From an uncultured bacterium (lineage in GTDB: Bacteria > Cyanobacteriota > Vampirovibrionia > Gastranaerophilales > Gastranaerophilaceae): 64,000 nt of DNA. The stretch is from contig CADBOJ010000072.1 in the NCBI GenBank assembly GCA_902796305.1, positions 3,682 to 67,681 on the forward strand, given 5' to 3'. The notes below the pieces were generated by a model. That model was not told the DNA's origin and did no database searches. It saw nothing but the letters and a program-made list of their open reading frames with translations. Shown piece by piece: positions 19,305-28,819 of this stretch (position 1 is the first letter of the stretch; the number at the start of each line of letters is the position of its first letter). The position numbers were made by a program, and so were the translations under genes.

Positions 19305-19315
19305 AAGGGTAAAAT

Positions 19316-20389
19316 ATGGCGCAGGTTACTTTAAAAGACATTTCAAAGTCTTTTGGAGAAAGAGAAATTTTAAAAAACATAAATCTTGAAATACAAGACG
19401 GTGAATTTATTGTTCTTGTCGGTGCTTCAGGATGTGGAAAGTCAACGCTTTTAAGAATGGTGGCGGGGCTTGAGCATCAAACGTCGGGCGATATATTGAT
19501 CGGAGATAGTCTTGTAAATGATGTTCACCCTAAAGACAGAGATATTGCTATGGTTTTTCAAAACTATGCACTTTATCCTCATCTTTCGGTTGAAGAAAAT
19601 ATTGCGCTCGGTTTAAAAGTTAGAAAAGTTCCGAAATGCGAAATCACAAGAAGAATTAAAAGGGCTTGCGAAATATTAAAGCTTGAAGATTATCTTAAAT
19701 CAAAACCGAAAGAATTATCCGGAGGACAAAGACAAAGAGTGGCGCTTGCAAGAGCGATTGTAAGAGAACCAAAGGTGTTTTTGATGGATGAACCTTTGTC
19801 CAACCTTGATGCAAAGCTTAGAAGTGAAATGCGTTCGGAAATAAAAAAGCTCCACCAAAAATTAAAAACAACATTTATATATGTTACCCATGACCAAACG
19901 GAAGCATTGACCATGGGGGATAGGATTGTGGTTTTAAATAACGGTGAAATACAGCAGACGGATACTCCGCATAATATTTATAATCACCCCGCAAATGTTT
20001 TTGTTGCGACATTTATGGGAACAAACCCAATGAATATTTTGGAAGCAGATGTTAAAAATGAAATAATCGTATTCGGAAATATTTCTATCGGAGTCAATTC
20101 TGTTATGCCCGTCATAAAAAATCTTGAAAAAGTACTTGTCGGTGTTCGTCCCGAAAATATTATTCCGGACGGAAATCCGCAATTCCCCTTTAATTTGATT
20201 AAATTCAGTGCAAAAGTAATATTTGAAGAAAACTTAGGCTCGCACAAGAACATTTATTTTAAAATAGGCGAAAAAGAATGCTGTTGTGTTGCTTCCGCAA
20301 ATATCGAAACACAAGGTAAAATGGCTTTCTCGATAAATCCTAAAGACTTACTATTCTTTAATTACGATACCAAAGAACCGATATTATAG
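19316..20389 (+). CDS. ABC transporter ATP-binding protein, MalK/UgpC/MsmX type
   Basis: 357 aa. Walker [10 protein letters not shown], signature LSGGQRQR, Walker [12 protein letters not shown], and a C-terminal TOBE-like regulatory domain. No permease genes are adjacent. Confidence 0.9.
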   Translation: MAQVTLKDISKSFGEREILKNINLEIQDGEFIVLVGASGCGKSTLLRMVAGLEHQTSGDILIGDSLVNDVHPKDRDIAMVFQNYALYPHLSVEENIALGLKVRKVPKCEITRRIKRACEILKLEDYLKSKPKELSGGQRQRVALARAIVREPKVFLMDEPLSNLDAKLRSEMRSEIKKLHQKLKTTFIYVTHDQTEALTMGDRIVVLNNGEIQQTDTPHNIYNHPANVFVATFMGTNPMNILEADVKNEIIVFGNISIGVNSVMPVIKNLEKVLVGVRPENIIPDGNPQFPFNLIKFSAKVIFEENLGSHKNIYFKIGEKECCCVASANIETQGKMAFSINPKDLLFFNYDTKEPIL

Positions 20390-20392
20390 AAA

Positions 20393-21058
20393 CTACAAAC
20401 TTTCTCTTGTAAGTTTAATAAGCTCAACAAATCTTTTTGAAAGCTCAACCTGAGAAATCTTCATTTCTTTTGCTATATCGGTTTGATTTAGATTTTTCAT
20501 ATATCTTAATGAAAAAATTTCATAGTATTTTTTACCGGGATACTGCTCGTTTATATCCTTTACAATTTTAATCAGCTTTTCTACGGTATGTTCGGAAACT
20601 CTTTTTTGCGGACAAAAATCAAGCGGGTCAATTAACATATCCGTAGCCGAATACCTTTCGCTTCTTTGAATTTCCTCTTTTAAATTTACTATATTAGGGT
20701 TATTAGCATAGATGTCGTGTTCTCTTAAGACTTCATCCGTATCAAAAAGAGGATTTTCCTGCTTAACGCTAACGATATTATCTTTCAGTTTTGTAGTTTG
20801 TTCCAGTTGCTTATAGACTTTTGTATCGTCAAATTTCTTTTTTTCTTTAATGACGGTATCCATACAGCTGTCGCAGATAAAATTCAAGTGGCGTTTAAGA
20901 CGCGGTAAATCTTTTATTGCATCAATCAATAAATAAGATTTTTTATATATCGCATCAAAAAAAATGTCAATAAGCTCCTCATGACCCTTAAACTTAGCAT
21001 TTTCTCTGATGATGGACTCAATAAGCTGTCTGTGTTCAGGTTTAATATTTCTTTTCAT
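20393..21058 (-). CDS. sigma-70-region-4-like HTH protein (divergent sigma-like factor)
   Basis: 221 aa. The C-terminus EIFSLRYMKNLNQTDIAKEMKISQVELSKRFVELIK resembles a sigma region 4.2 HTH. The N-terminal part is poorly conserved. Confidence 0.45.
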   Translation of the reverse strand: MKRNIKPEHRQLIESIIRENAKFKGHEELIDIFFDAIYKKSYLLIDAIKDLPRLKRHLNFICDSCMDTVIKEKKKFDDTKVYKQLEQTTKLKDNIVSVKQENPLFDTDEVLREHDIYANNPNIVNLKEEIQRSERYSATDMLIDPLDFCPQKRVSEHTVEKLIKIVKDINEQYPGKKYYEIFSLRYMKNLNQTDIAKEMKISQVELSKRFVELIKLTRESL

Positions 21059-21234
21059 AATTTATATACCGACAATATGATAGTAGTATAAACAACAATA
21101 TTATGACATCATTCTTTTTAAATTTGTAACATTTTTTTTATAAAACTTCAAATATTTGGTTGATTTTGTTAATTTTTTTGGTTTTTGACTTTTTTAGATA
21201 TATAATATAAATGGTTATTTTTTAATTGGAATAA

Positions 21235-23418
21235 ATGAAAAAGAATTATATAAAAACTTTATTTTTAATAATGTTTATGTTGTCGTTTTTTGGACAGAAT
21301 GTTTCTGCTGACCAAAACGGGGTAGATATTAAAGAATTTAAAAAAATTAAAAATGTTACAAACGTCTTTCATAAAAAGAAAAATGAAAGTCCTAAAAGCC
21401 TTAAAATGAAAGAAGTTCCGCTTGATGATTCGACTTTTTCAACTTTTGAAGACGAAGACATTAATATGTACGGAACATCCGTAAAGGAAGAAACTGCTCC
21501 AACAAGCGATAATTCCGAAACAAAGGTTAAAAATAAACAAAAGGGCGGAAAAAATATCTTTAAATTCAAAAAGAAAAGTCAAGAAACCGAAGAACCCGAA
21601 ATAATTCAGGACGAAAATGTTAACGAACAAACCGCTGTTGAAAATGAAGATAATACATACATTAACGATGACGATTTAGTTTACATTAAAGAAATTGAAA
21701 TATTCGGAAATAATCTTCTTGATGCAAATTTTATAAAAGAACAACTGAAATCCAAAGAAGGTAGCAGATATATTCGCTCGGATGTTTCGGGGGATTTAAA
21801 AACACTTTATAATACCGGATTTTTTACTCAAAATTTAAGAGCACTTCCGATTAAAATTGATGACAGTAATATTAAATTGAGAATTATTATTGAAGAAAAT
21901 CCGCCTATAACGGGGTTTGGAATAGTAGGAAACAACAGCATTCCGACGTCCGATATTATGGAAATATTGAATCAATACAAGGGGCTTCCTCAAAATATAC
22001 TTAATATCAATGCTGCAATAGATGAAATTCAGGAATTATATTCTTCAAGAGGCTATATTCTTGCAAGAGTCAAAAAAGTTCAGGATGACCCTGACGGATA
22101 TATTAATCTTAAGATAGATGAAGGCGTAATCGGAGATATAATTGTTGACGGAAACAATAAAACAAGAGATTTTATAGTTAAAAGAAATATTTTTCTTCAA
22201 CCCGGAAGTGTATATAATGAAAACATAATGCGTTCCGATATTTTAAGATTAATGGGAACACAAGCATTTAAAGACGTTCAAAGAGAGCTTAAACAGGACG
22301 AAACAACAGGCTTATATGATGTTCATGTTGCGCTTGAAGAACAAAGAACGGGAAAAATTTCACTTGGTGTCGGTGTTGATTCGGCTTCAGGATTTTTTGG
22401 TTCGGTTGGTTTTAGCGAAAATAACTTTAGAGGCTTAGGACAAAAGTTAAGCTTAAACTTGCTTGCAGGAACTGGTGTCTTAATGAATGACAGCTCCGTT
22501 GTTGATAAAGCAAATCTTCAGGGTGAAATAAGTTTTCTTGAACCTATGTTTAAAAGAGAAAATCAATCGTTGTCGGTTAGAGGCTTTGCAAGATATTACG
22601 GAAGTTATCAGGTTCCTCTTGCCGTAGAAAAAAGATTTGGCGGTGAAATCAGCATAGGAAGAAAATTCATAACATATAAAAATCTTTCCGGCTCAATAGG
22701 TTTTGGTGCTGAATATGTTGACATTAAGGAAGGCGATGCTGCCAAAATACGTCAAAGATATGCTCTTCGCAAAATGAATTTTGCAAAAAGAAAAGAAGAG
22801 CTTGATGGCGGTTTCTATATTAAATTAACCCCGAGCCTTGTTTACGATACAAGAGATAGTGCAATTAATGCACGTCACGGTGTTATTGCAAGAGGAACTT
22901 TTGAAGAAAATCTTGCGATATCGGGAACTTCATTCGGCAAATTACACGGTATGATTAGGAGTTTTTCTCCGATAGGAAAGAAATCTTCTATTGTTTTAAC
23001 GGCTAAGGCAGGCGGAAAGCTCCACGGAAAAGTACCTGAGTTTGCCAATTATTCACTTGGCGGACCGTACACAATCAGAGGCTTCAATATTTCGGAAGTT
23101 GGTGTGGGTAACGGTTATATGATGGGAAGTGCGGAATTAAGAGTTCCAATTCCCTTCATAGACAGGCTTACATCTAATTCATTCCTGAATAATTTAAGAC
23201 TTGCAGCTTTTGTTGACGGCGGTAAATTGTTTAACGAATCAATCGGTTCAAAAGTATATGATAAACCCGGATATGCGATTACTGCAGGTGTAGGTTTGAG
23301 GGTGTTTATACCCGGACTCGGACCTATCAATCTTGACTACGGTATTCCCGTTACGAATACGGCAGGAGTCGGAAGAAAACACGGCTTCTTTACATTCGGT
23401 ATGGGTGAAATGTATTAA
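21235..23418 (+). CDS. Omp85-family outer-membrane protein assembly factor (BamA/TamA-like, 3 POTRA)
   Basis: 727 aa. Signal peptide, acidic low-complexity spacer, three POTRA-sized repeats (IKEIEIFGNN.., ITGFGIVGNN.., IGDIIVDGNN..), and a 16-strand-type barrel ending GFFTFGMGEMY. Confidence 0.85.
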   Translation: MKKNYIKTLFLIMFMLSFFGQNVSADQNGVDIKEFKKIKNVTNVFHKKKNESPKSLKMKEVPLDDSTFSTFEDEDINMYGTSVKEETAPTSDNSETKVKNKQKGGKNIFKFKKKSQETEEPEIIQDENVNEQTAVENEDNTYINDDDLVYIKEIEIFGNNLLDANFIKEQLKSKEGSRYIRSDVSGDLKTLYNTGFFTQNLRALPIKIDDSNIKLRIIIEENPPITGFGIVGNNSIPTSDIMEILNQYKGLPQNILNINAAIDEIQELYSSRGYILARVKKVQDDPDGYINLKIDEGVIGDIIVDGNNKTRDFIVKRNIFLQPGSVYNENIMRSDILRLMGTQAFKDVQRELKQDETTGLYDVHVALEEQRTGKISLGVGVDSASGFFGSVGFSENNFRGLGQKLSLNLLAGTGVLMNDSSVVDKANLQGEISFLEPMFKRENQSLSVRGFARYYGSYQVPLAVEKRFGGEISIGRKFITYKNLSGSIGFGAEYVDIKEGDAAKIRQRYALRKMNFAKRKEELDGGFYIKLTPSLVYDTRDSAINARHGVIARGTFEENLAISGTSFGKLHGMIRSFSPIGKKSSIVLTAKAGGKLHGKVPEFANYSLGGPYTIRGFNISEVGVGNGYMMGSAELRVPIPFIDRLTSNSFLNNLRLAAFVDGGKLFNESIGSKVYDKPGYAITAGVGLRVFIPGLGPINLDYGIPVTNTAGVGRKHGFFTFGMGEMY

Positions 23419-23453
23419 TAAACTTGTCTAAAGCAAAAAATGGGTTATAATAT

Positions 23454-23479
23454 AAAAAAAGCCCCTTATTAAATAAGGG
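23454..23479 (-). terminator. rho-independent terminator downstream of flgL
   Basis: On the minus strand: CCCTTATT/AATAAGGG hairpin followed by T7 (complement of the A-run at 23454-23460). Confidence 0.6.
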
Positions 23480-23515
23480 ATAATGGTAAGTTTATTTAAT
23501 TTTTTATTTATTTGA

Positions 23516-24430
23516 TTAGATATAATCAAGCAAAGATACGCTTGACATAACTCTTCCGCCGAGAATGTAGCTTGCCTGCATTGCTGTATTAGCATTTGCA
23601 AGTTCGCTGGATGCTTTTAATATGTCTAAATCTTCAAGATTTGACCTTTTTTCCGTAAGTGAAATAATTGTATCTTCATTTATTTCTTTTGTTGCGGTAA
23701 GTTTTGTAACTTGTGCCGATACTATTCCGTTCTTTAAGGAAATGTTTCTTACGGCAGAATCAAGTGTTCCCAGTTTTTCTCTGATGCTGTCGCTATCAAG
23801 ATTGTCGGCTGTTAATAGGCTGTCCAAATCTTTCATCTGTGAGAAGAAATCGTTTACGCCGTCTTGCTTTCCGAATATTTCTTCACCCGTAAAATTATAT
23901 CTGAACGGTGTATTTTCCGATATTGTAATGTTTCTGTCCCCTGCTTTTTCACTTGCACCCTTATAAACAATATTCCCTGTTTCTGCATCTGTTTGATACG
24001 GGGTTTCCTGAACATAAGTTCCTGCAAAAATATATGTATCCATATATTTTGTATTCATGAGGTCTTTAATTACATTAACTCTCTGTTTGATTTCTGCGGC
24101 AATTGCCTTAGCGGAATCAGGTGTTGTGGAAGCATCCGCAGCTCTAATTATAAGCCCGTTTATTGATGATAGTTCATTGCTTACATTTCCGAGCGATTCA
24201 TAGGCAAGATTCATTTCATTTACCGCATGGTCAATATTTCCCTGATATTTTTCAAGGTCGGAAATATTATTCTTAAGTTTTACAACATTAACTCCATCCG
24301 AAACATTTTCGGATAATTTTGTAAAATTCTTTTTTGATGCGATTTTACTTATTATTTTTGCATAATCTCCGTAAGAATTTTGCATGGAATTAAGGGACAT
24401 ATTATTTATTGTTTCAGTTGAAATTCTCAT
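23516..24430 (-). CDS. flgL: flagellar hook-associated protein 3 FlgL
   Basis: 304 aa. Flagellin-type N-terminal (MRISTETINNMSLNSMQ) and C-terminal helices (NANTAMQASYILGGRVMSVSLLDYI). Follows flgK. Confidence 0.8.
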   Translation of the reverse strand: MRISTETINNMSLNSMQNSYGDYAKIISKIASKKNFTKLSENVSDGVNVVKLKNNISDLEKYQGNIDHAVNEMNLAYESLGNVSNELSSINGLIIRAADASTTPDSAKAIAAEIKQRVNVIKDLMNTKYMDTYIFAGTYVQETPYQTDAETGNIVYKGASEKAGDRNITISENTPFRYNFTGEEIFGKQDGVNDFFSQMKDLDSLLTADNLDSDSIREKLGTLDSAVRNISLKNGIVSAQVTKLTATKEINEDTIISLTEKRSNLEDLDILKASSELANANTAMQASYILGGRVMSSVSLLDYI

Positions 24431-24440
24431 TTTTTATCCT

Positions 24441-25994
24441 TTACACCATATTAATAATAGTAACCATTAAACTGTCTATGACTGAAAACAATTTTGCTGA
24501 AGCTTCATAAGACCTTTGATATTTAATCATATCTGCAAGCTCTTCGTCAAGATTTACACCGACTAAATTTGAATAATTTTCTGCAGCACTGTTTGCTATT
24601 GCTTGAAACATATCGGCATCCCCCTCGGCATCGCCTGCTTCTTTTGCATTTTTTGAAGAATTGTATAACAGATAATCGGATAAAGTAGCATTGTTTACCC
24701 CTGAACCGTCAATACTGCATATTTTTTTATTTTTGAGGTTTGTAAATTCTACCGCATTGTCGGAATTACCGATTGCTTTTACCCAGTTGGGGTCAATTGC
24801 TCCGGTTTCTTCATCTTTGTAGTTGTTAAGGTCAATTCTTGCTGCTGCTACAAGGTAAGGATTTTTATAAATATCATTATTTATTTTGATATTTGAAGCA
24901 TTGAATGTAGATGAGCCGTCGCTTGTTTCAAATAGTTTATGAGTTGATTTTTCAAGGATTAAATCGCCTGTTGCGCCATCTGTCGTAATGGATGCTGCGA
25001 ACTTATCCCCGTTATCGTATGTTTGAATATTATTCATCTCTTCTGCAAAAGCTTTTGCTGCTGCATTTAGAGATGACATTAAATCATTAACATTTGAGAA
25101 ACTTCCGCCTGTACCGTTTACTATTTGAAGATTAACTTTCATTGAACCGCCGGCAAAAGCTTCATTTACTCCTTCGTTAATAACAGGGCCGTTCTTTTCC
25201 GTTGAAACAAGCTTAAATTGAACAGCATTTTCTGCAGCCGTATTGATATCGGCTTTTAATGTAAAATTAAGTTTTGAAGCCGATACAACTTCGGTATTGC
25301 CGATATATAAATCTACCGTGCCGTTTGTATTTCTTCTGGCGTCAACATTTGTATAGTTCGATAACTCTTTTAGAATATTATTTATATCGCTTTCTGCGGA
25401 CGGACTTCCGTTTGTATCAATATAATTTTTGTTTGCAAGAGAAAGTTTTTTGAAAAGATTGTTTATTGTGCCGGTATCAAACTCAATTGCATTTATCTTT
25501 TCTTCTTTAAAATTAGAATATCTTGTTGATAGCTGATTAAATCTTTCCGCAACATTTTCTGCCGCTATAACAAACTGCTGTCTTATCGATATATCCGTCG
25601 GATATTTTTCCAAATTTGCACTTGCGGCATAAAAATCACTTAGAACTGCATTTAAACCGTTATCCCCGAGGTCATCCGATATATCACTCAAATCACCCAG
25701 AGCATCAGCTAATTTATTATAATATTCGGCATCGGCATTTTTTCCGATTAAATCTTTAAATAAATTATCATCCTTAAAATCCGTTAACGAGCTTACGCTT
25801 GCGCCGTTCATACCTTTTATTGTGGAAATTACGTTTTCGCAATCGGTAGTATACGGATTTGTTTCAAAGTTAACTTTTTGTCTTATATATCCTTCCGTAT
25901 GAACATTGGAAATATTTTGAGCAACAACAGTCAGTGCATACTGATTGTTTCTCAAAGATCCAAGTGTAATATTCATGCTTTGATTAAGCGACAT
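24441..25994 (-). CDS. flgK: flagellar hook-associated protein 1 FlgK
   Basis: 517 aa. N-terminus SLRNNQYALTVVAQNISNVHTEGY and C-terminus EELADMIKYQRSYEASAKLFSVIDSLM, typical of FlgK. Confidence 0.85.
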   Translation of the reverse strand: MSLNQSMNITLGSLRNNQYALTVVAQNISNVHTEGYIRQKVNFETNPYTTDCENVISTIKGMNGASVSSLTDFKDDNLFKDLIGKNADAEYYNKLADALGDLSDISDDLGDNGLNAVLSDFYAASANLEKYPTDISIRQQFVIAAENVAERFNQLSTRYSNFKEEKINAIEFDTGTINNLFKKLSLANKNYIDTNGSPSAESDINNILKELSNYTNVDARRNTNGTVDLYIGNTEVVSASKLNFTLKADINTAAENAVQFKLVSTEKNGPVINEGVNEAFAGGSMKVNLQIVNGTGGSFSNVNDLMSSLNAAAKAFAEEMNNIQTYDNGDKFAASITTDGATGDLILEKSTHKLFETSDGSSTFNASNIKINNDIYKNPYLVAAARIDLNNYKDEETGAIDPNWVKAIGNSDNAVEFTNLKNKKICSIDGSGVNNATLSDYLLYNSSKNAKEAGDAEGDADMFQAIANSAAENYSNLVGVNLDEELADMIKYQRSYEASAKLFSVIDSLMVTIINMV

Positions 25995-26010
25995 AGTATA
26001 AATCCTTTTA

Positions 26011-26406
26011 TTAAGCTTCTTCCGTGATTGAAGAGATATCTAAACTCTCGCTATCCACACAACCCTTACCTTGAGAATTATAAGAATTTCTATCGGATTG
26101 TGCTATATTTAATATACCAGATAATATGTTATTTATAACACTTAATGAGTGTTTGATTAATATTTCGTTATCTTTTTCAATTTTTTTAATTTCAAGACCC
26201 AGTTTTTTTAATTCTTCTTTTTCTTCATTTGTAAAGTCATTCGGTGTATTTTCCAGGTCAAATTTTTTAATTTTATCGATACAAATTATTGTAGCTTCAT
26301 CCAGCCTGCTTAATTCGTCCATTTTTTTCTTAATTATGGCATTACGTTTATTAATTAAAATTTCTTTTAATTCGTTATATGTATCAAAAACTTCCTTGTA
26401 GTTCAT
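26011..26406 (-). CDS. FlgN-like flagellar chaperone (tentative)
   Basis: 131 aa, helical, directly upstream of flgK. Assigned on position and heptad character only. Confidence 0.45.
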   Translation of the reverse strand: MNYKEVFDTYNELKEILINKRNAIIKKKMDELSRLDEATIICIDKIKKFDLENTPNDFTNEEKEELKKLGLEIKKIEKDNEILIKHSLSVINNILSGILNIAQSDRNSYNSQGKGCVDSESLDISSITEEA

Positions 26407-26421
26407 TTTAAAAATCCTATT

Positions 26422-26736
26422 CTAAGCCAGATAATCGGCAATGACACTTCTTCCGTACATTATACCATAATTTATATCATCCGTGGAAACGCTTTCGCCA
26501 ACCATTTTGGCATATTTTTGTATATCATCAACATCAATCTTTATTTTGGGTTTTTCATCAGATATAACCGTATTTTCTTCCTCAACGCTTTCTTGTTTTG
26601 CCGGAGAATCTGATATATTTTCTTTGTTTAAGTTTAAATCAAGCTTCTTAACCGAATTTAAGTTCAACTTTGAAATCGAAGAAGCGATTAGATTTGATAC
26701 ATTTGTACTGTTGTTAACATTGTCACTGATATTCAT
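26422..26736 (-). CDS. hypothetical S/N/E-rich small protein in the flgM position
   Basis: 104 aa, between the rod-binding gene and the flgN-like gene. The C-terminus (DDINYGIMYGRSVIADYLA) does not match the FlgM consensus I know. Confidence 0.3.
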   Translation of the reverse strand: MNISDNVNNSTNVSNLIASSISKLNLNSVKKLDLNLNKENISDSPAKQESVEEENTVISDEKPKIKIDVDDIQKYAKMVGESVSTDDINYGIMYGRSVIADYLA

Positions 26737-26737
26737 A

Positions 26738-27067
26738 CTAATCTTTTACCGTCTTTTCTAATTGTGAATACATTTGCTTCGCAATACCTATACTTGTTTG
26801 CGGATTATCCGCAATATTTCTTGCTATATCATTATACATAAATGACTTGAGATTATCTAAATATTTAGATTCTTGAAACATTGAACCCTCTTTGTCAACC
26901 GTTTTATCCATTTCATTAAGCATTTTTGCAATAAAAATTGATTCAAATTCTTTTGAAACTTTTTTTAACTGTTCTTTTTGAGATTTTGTTCCTCTTTTAA
27001 TTGCCTCGATTTCGGATAAATCGGAACTGTTTTGCATATATGCCGAACCTATGTTTTCTATATACAT
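26738..27067 (-). CDS. flagellar rod-binding protein (FlgJ N-terminal domain only)
   Basis: 109 aa. Rod-binding motif KVSKEFESIFIAKMLNEMDKT. No hydrolase domain. Confidence 0.7.
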   Translation of the reverse strand: MYIENIGSAYMQNSSDLSEIEAIKRGTKSQKEQLKKVSKEFESIFIAKMLNEMDKTVDKEGSMFQESKYLDNLKSFMYNDIARNIADNPQTSIGIAKQMYSQLEKTVKD

Positions 27068-27068
27068 T

Positions 27069-28199
27069 TTAAATTACCTCCAATTCCGCCTGCAAACTTC
27101 CCGCACTCGATAAAGCCTGTAATATTGCAATTAAATCTGTCGGCTTTACCCCGATATTATTCAATGCGCTAACAAGGTCAGAAAGGCTTGAATTCGGCTC
27201 CATCTGAATTAATGAACCCTGTTTTTCAGTTATTTCAATTTGTGCATTTTGTATAACGCCTGTTTGTCCTTGACTGAAAGGCAGTGGTTGGGATATTTCA
27301 TTTTCGGCTCTTATTGTAACCGTTATTCCGCCATGAGCTACAGCTGCAGGCATTAATCTTGTATTTCCGCCGATTACTATTGTTCCCGTTCTTTCATTTA
27401 CAACAACTTTAGCTTTTTCGGATACCGCTCCTACTATCTGATTTTCAATTAATGAAAGGAATGTTACTCTGTCATTTTGATATTTTTGCGGAATGCTAAC
27501 CCGAACAGAACCGCCATCAAGTGCATGGGCAGGTGCAACAAAAGAAGATATTGTTTTTGAAATTCTGCTTGCCATTGTATAATCGGCTTTATCCAGAATT
27601 AATGTTAATCCTGTTTCATCTCCGATATTTGACAGAATATCTCTTTCTATAATTCCGCCGTTTGGAACTCTTGCTGTTGTGGTAACACCTTTTGAAGAAC
27701 TTGAACCGCCCGCAGAAGCGCTAATTCCGCCAACCGTAACAGGACCCTGCGCTACGGCAACAACTTCTCCGTTAGGAGCTCTTAATTGTGTTTGAATTAA
27801 TACACCGCCTGCAAGACTCTTGGCATCTGCCATAGCGGAAACCGTAACATCAATTTTATCTCCCTCTTTTGCAAAAGGAGGAATTGTCGCCGTTACAATA
27901 ACGGCGGCAGAAGCGCCCTTTTGAATATAGTTTGATTGGTCAATTACCATACCGAAATATTGAAGCATTTGCTGGTTTGTCATTTGCGTATGACGGGAAT
28001 TATCACCGGTATTTTGAAGCCCGACAACTAAACCGTAGCCTGTTACCTGATTTTCTCTTATTCCTTTGACATGAGTTATATCTTTAATTCTTAATGTCTG
28101 CTCGGAAATTGCATAACATTCCGAAAACGGCATAACCGTAAGAACTAATGTAAGAAATATTGCAAATATTGATTTTTTAAATACCATAAACTTATTCAT
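27069..28199 (-). CDS. flgI: flagellar P-ring protein FlgI
   Basis: 376 aa. Signal peptide, then RIKDITHVKGIRENQVTGYGLVVGL and C-terminus LIAILQALSSAGSLQAELEVI. Confidence 0.93.
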   Translation of the reverse strand: MNKFMVFKKSIFAIFLTLVLTVMPFSECYAISEQTLRIKDITHVKGIRENQVTGYGLVVGLQNTGDNSRHTQMTNQQMLQYFGMVIDQSNYIQKGASAAVIVTATIPPFAKEGDKIDVTVSAMADAKSLAGGVLIQTQLRAPNGEVVAVAQGPVTVGGISASAGGSSSSKGVTTTARVPNGGIIERDILSNIGDETGLTLILDKADYTMASRISKTISSFVAPAHALDGGSVRVSIPQKYQNDRVTFLSLIENQIVGAVSEKAKVVVNERTGTIVIGGNTRLMPAAVAHGGITVTIRAENEISQPLPFSQGQTGVIQNAQIEITEKQGSLIQMEPNSSLSDLVSALNNIGVKPTDLIAILQALSSAGSLQAELEVI

Positions 28200-28211
28200 C
28201 CTATAAATATC

Positions 28212-28817
28212 CTAAAAAACGCTCCTGATTGCTCTGTTTAAGATACCTTCATTTTGACCTCTTGAAACTGTTCCGACACCATTCATTGCAAACTGCAGGT
28301 TAGCAACATGGTTTGAATTTATTTCGCCTGCCTGATTTATCCATTTTGGGTCTACTATTCCCGATACAATCAGGTCAACTCTTTCATTTTGATTAACTAA
28401 ACTTTTTTTACCCTGTACAAGAAGATTGCCATTTGGCAAAACTTGAACCACCTGAGCTACGATAGTATCTGATACTGCCATATTTCTTACCATCTGGGTA
28501 GAACCTGCAACATCAAGATCTCCGTTTGTACCATCCAAAGCACCTTTTAATTTTGTTTTAAAAATAGTATTTATTGCTTTTGTAAAGTTTTCCGCAAGAC
28601 TGCTTGATTTTGAAGCCGAGTAAGTTCCGACGTCGGATAATCTCGGAGCTTCCGTAAGCACAATTGATACTAAATCGCCGACTCCTCTGGCTCTGACCGT
28701 TGCATACATTGTTCTCGGTTCAATCAAAGCACTTTGCGAAGCATTTAACGTAAATAAACTTTCCGCTCCCGCGCTTAGCATTGAAATCAATATTAAAGAT
28801 AAAATAATTTTTTTCAT
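28212..28817 (-). CDS. flgH: flagellar L-ring protein FlgH
   Basis: 201 aa. RARGVGDLVSIVLTE and LLVQGKKSLVNQNERVDLIVSGIVDP motifs. Has a signal peptide but no Cys anywhere. Confidence 0.88.
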   Translation of the reverse strand: MKKIILSLILISMLSAGAESLFTLNASQSALIEPRTMYATVRARGVGDLVSIVLTEAPRLSDVGTYSASKSSSLAENFTKAINTIFKTKLKGALDGTNGDLDVAGSTQMVRNMAVSDTIVAQVVQVLPNGNLLVQGKKSLVNQNERVDLIVSGIVDPKWINQAGEINSNHVANLQFAMNGVGTVSRGQNEGILNRAIRSVF

Positions 28818-28819
28818 AG

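Noticed and set aside
26432-26439. Sigma-28-like -10 element (GCCGATTA on the minus strand) about 25 nt upstream of the flgN-like gene
   Set aside because: No TAAA-type -35 element lies at the required ~15-nt spacing. The sequence lies inside the coding region of the preceding gene and could be chance.
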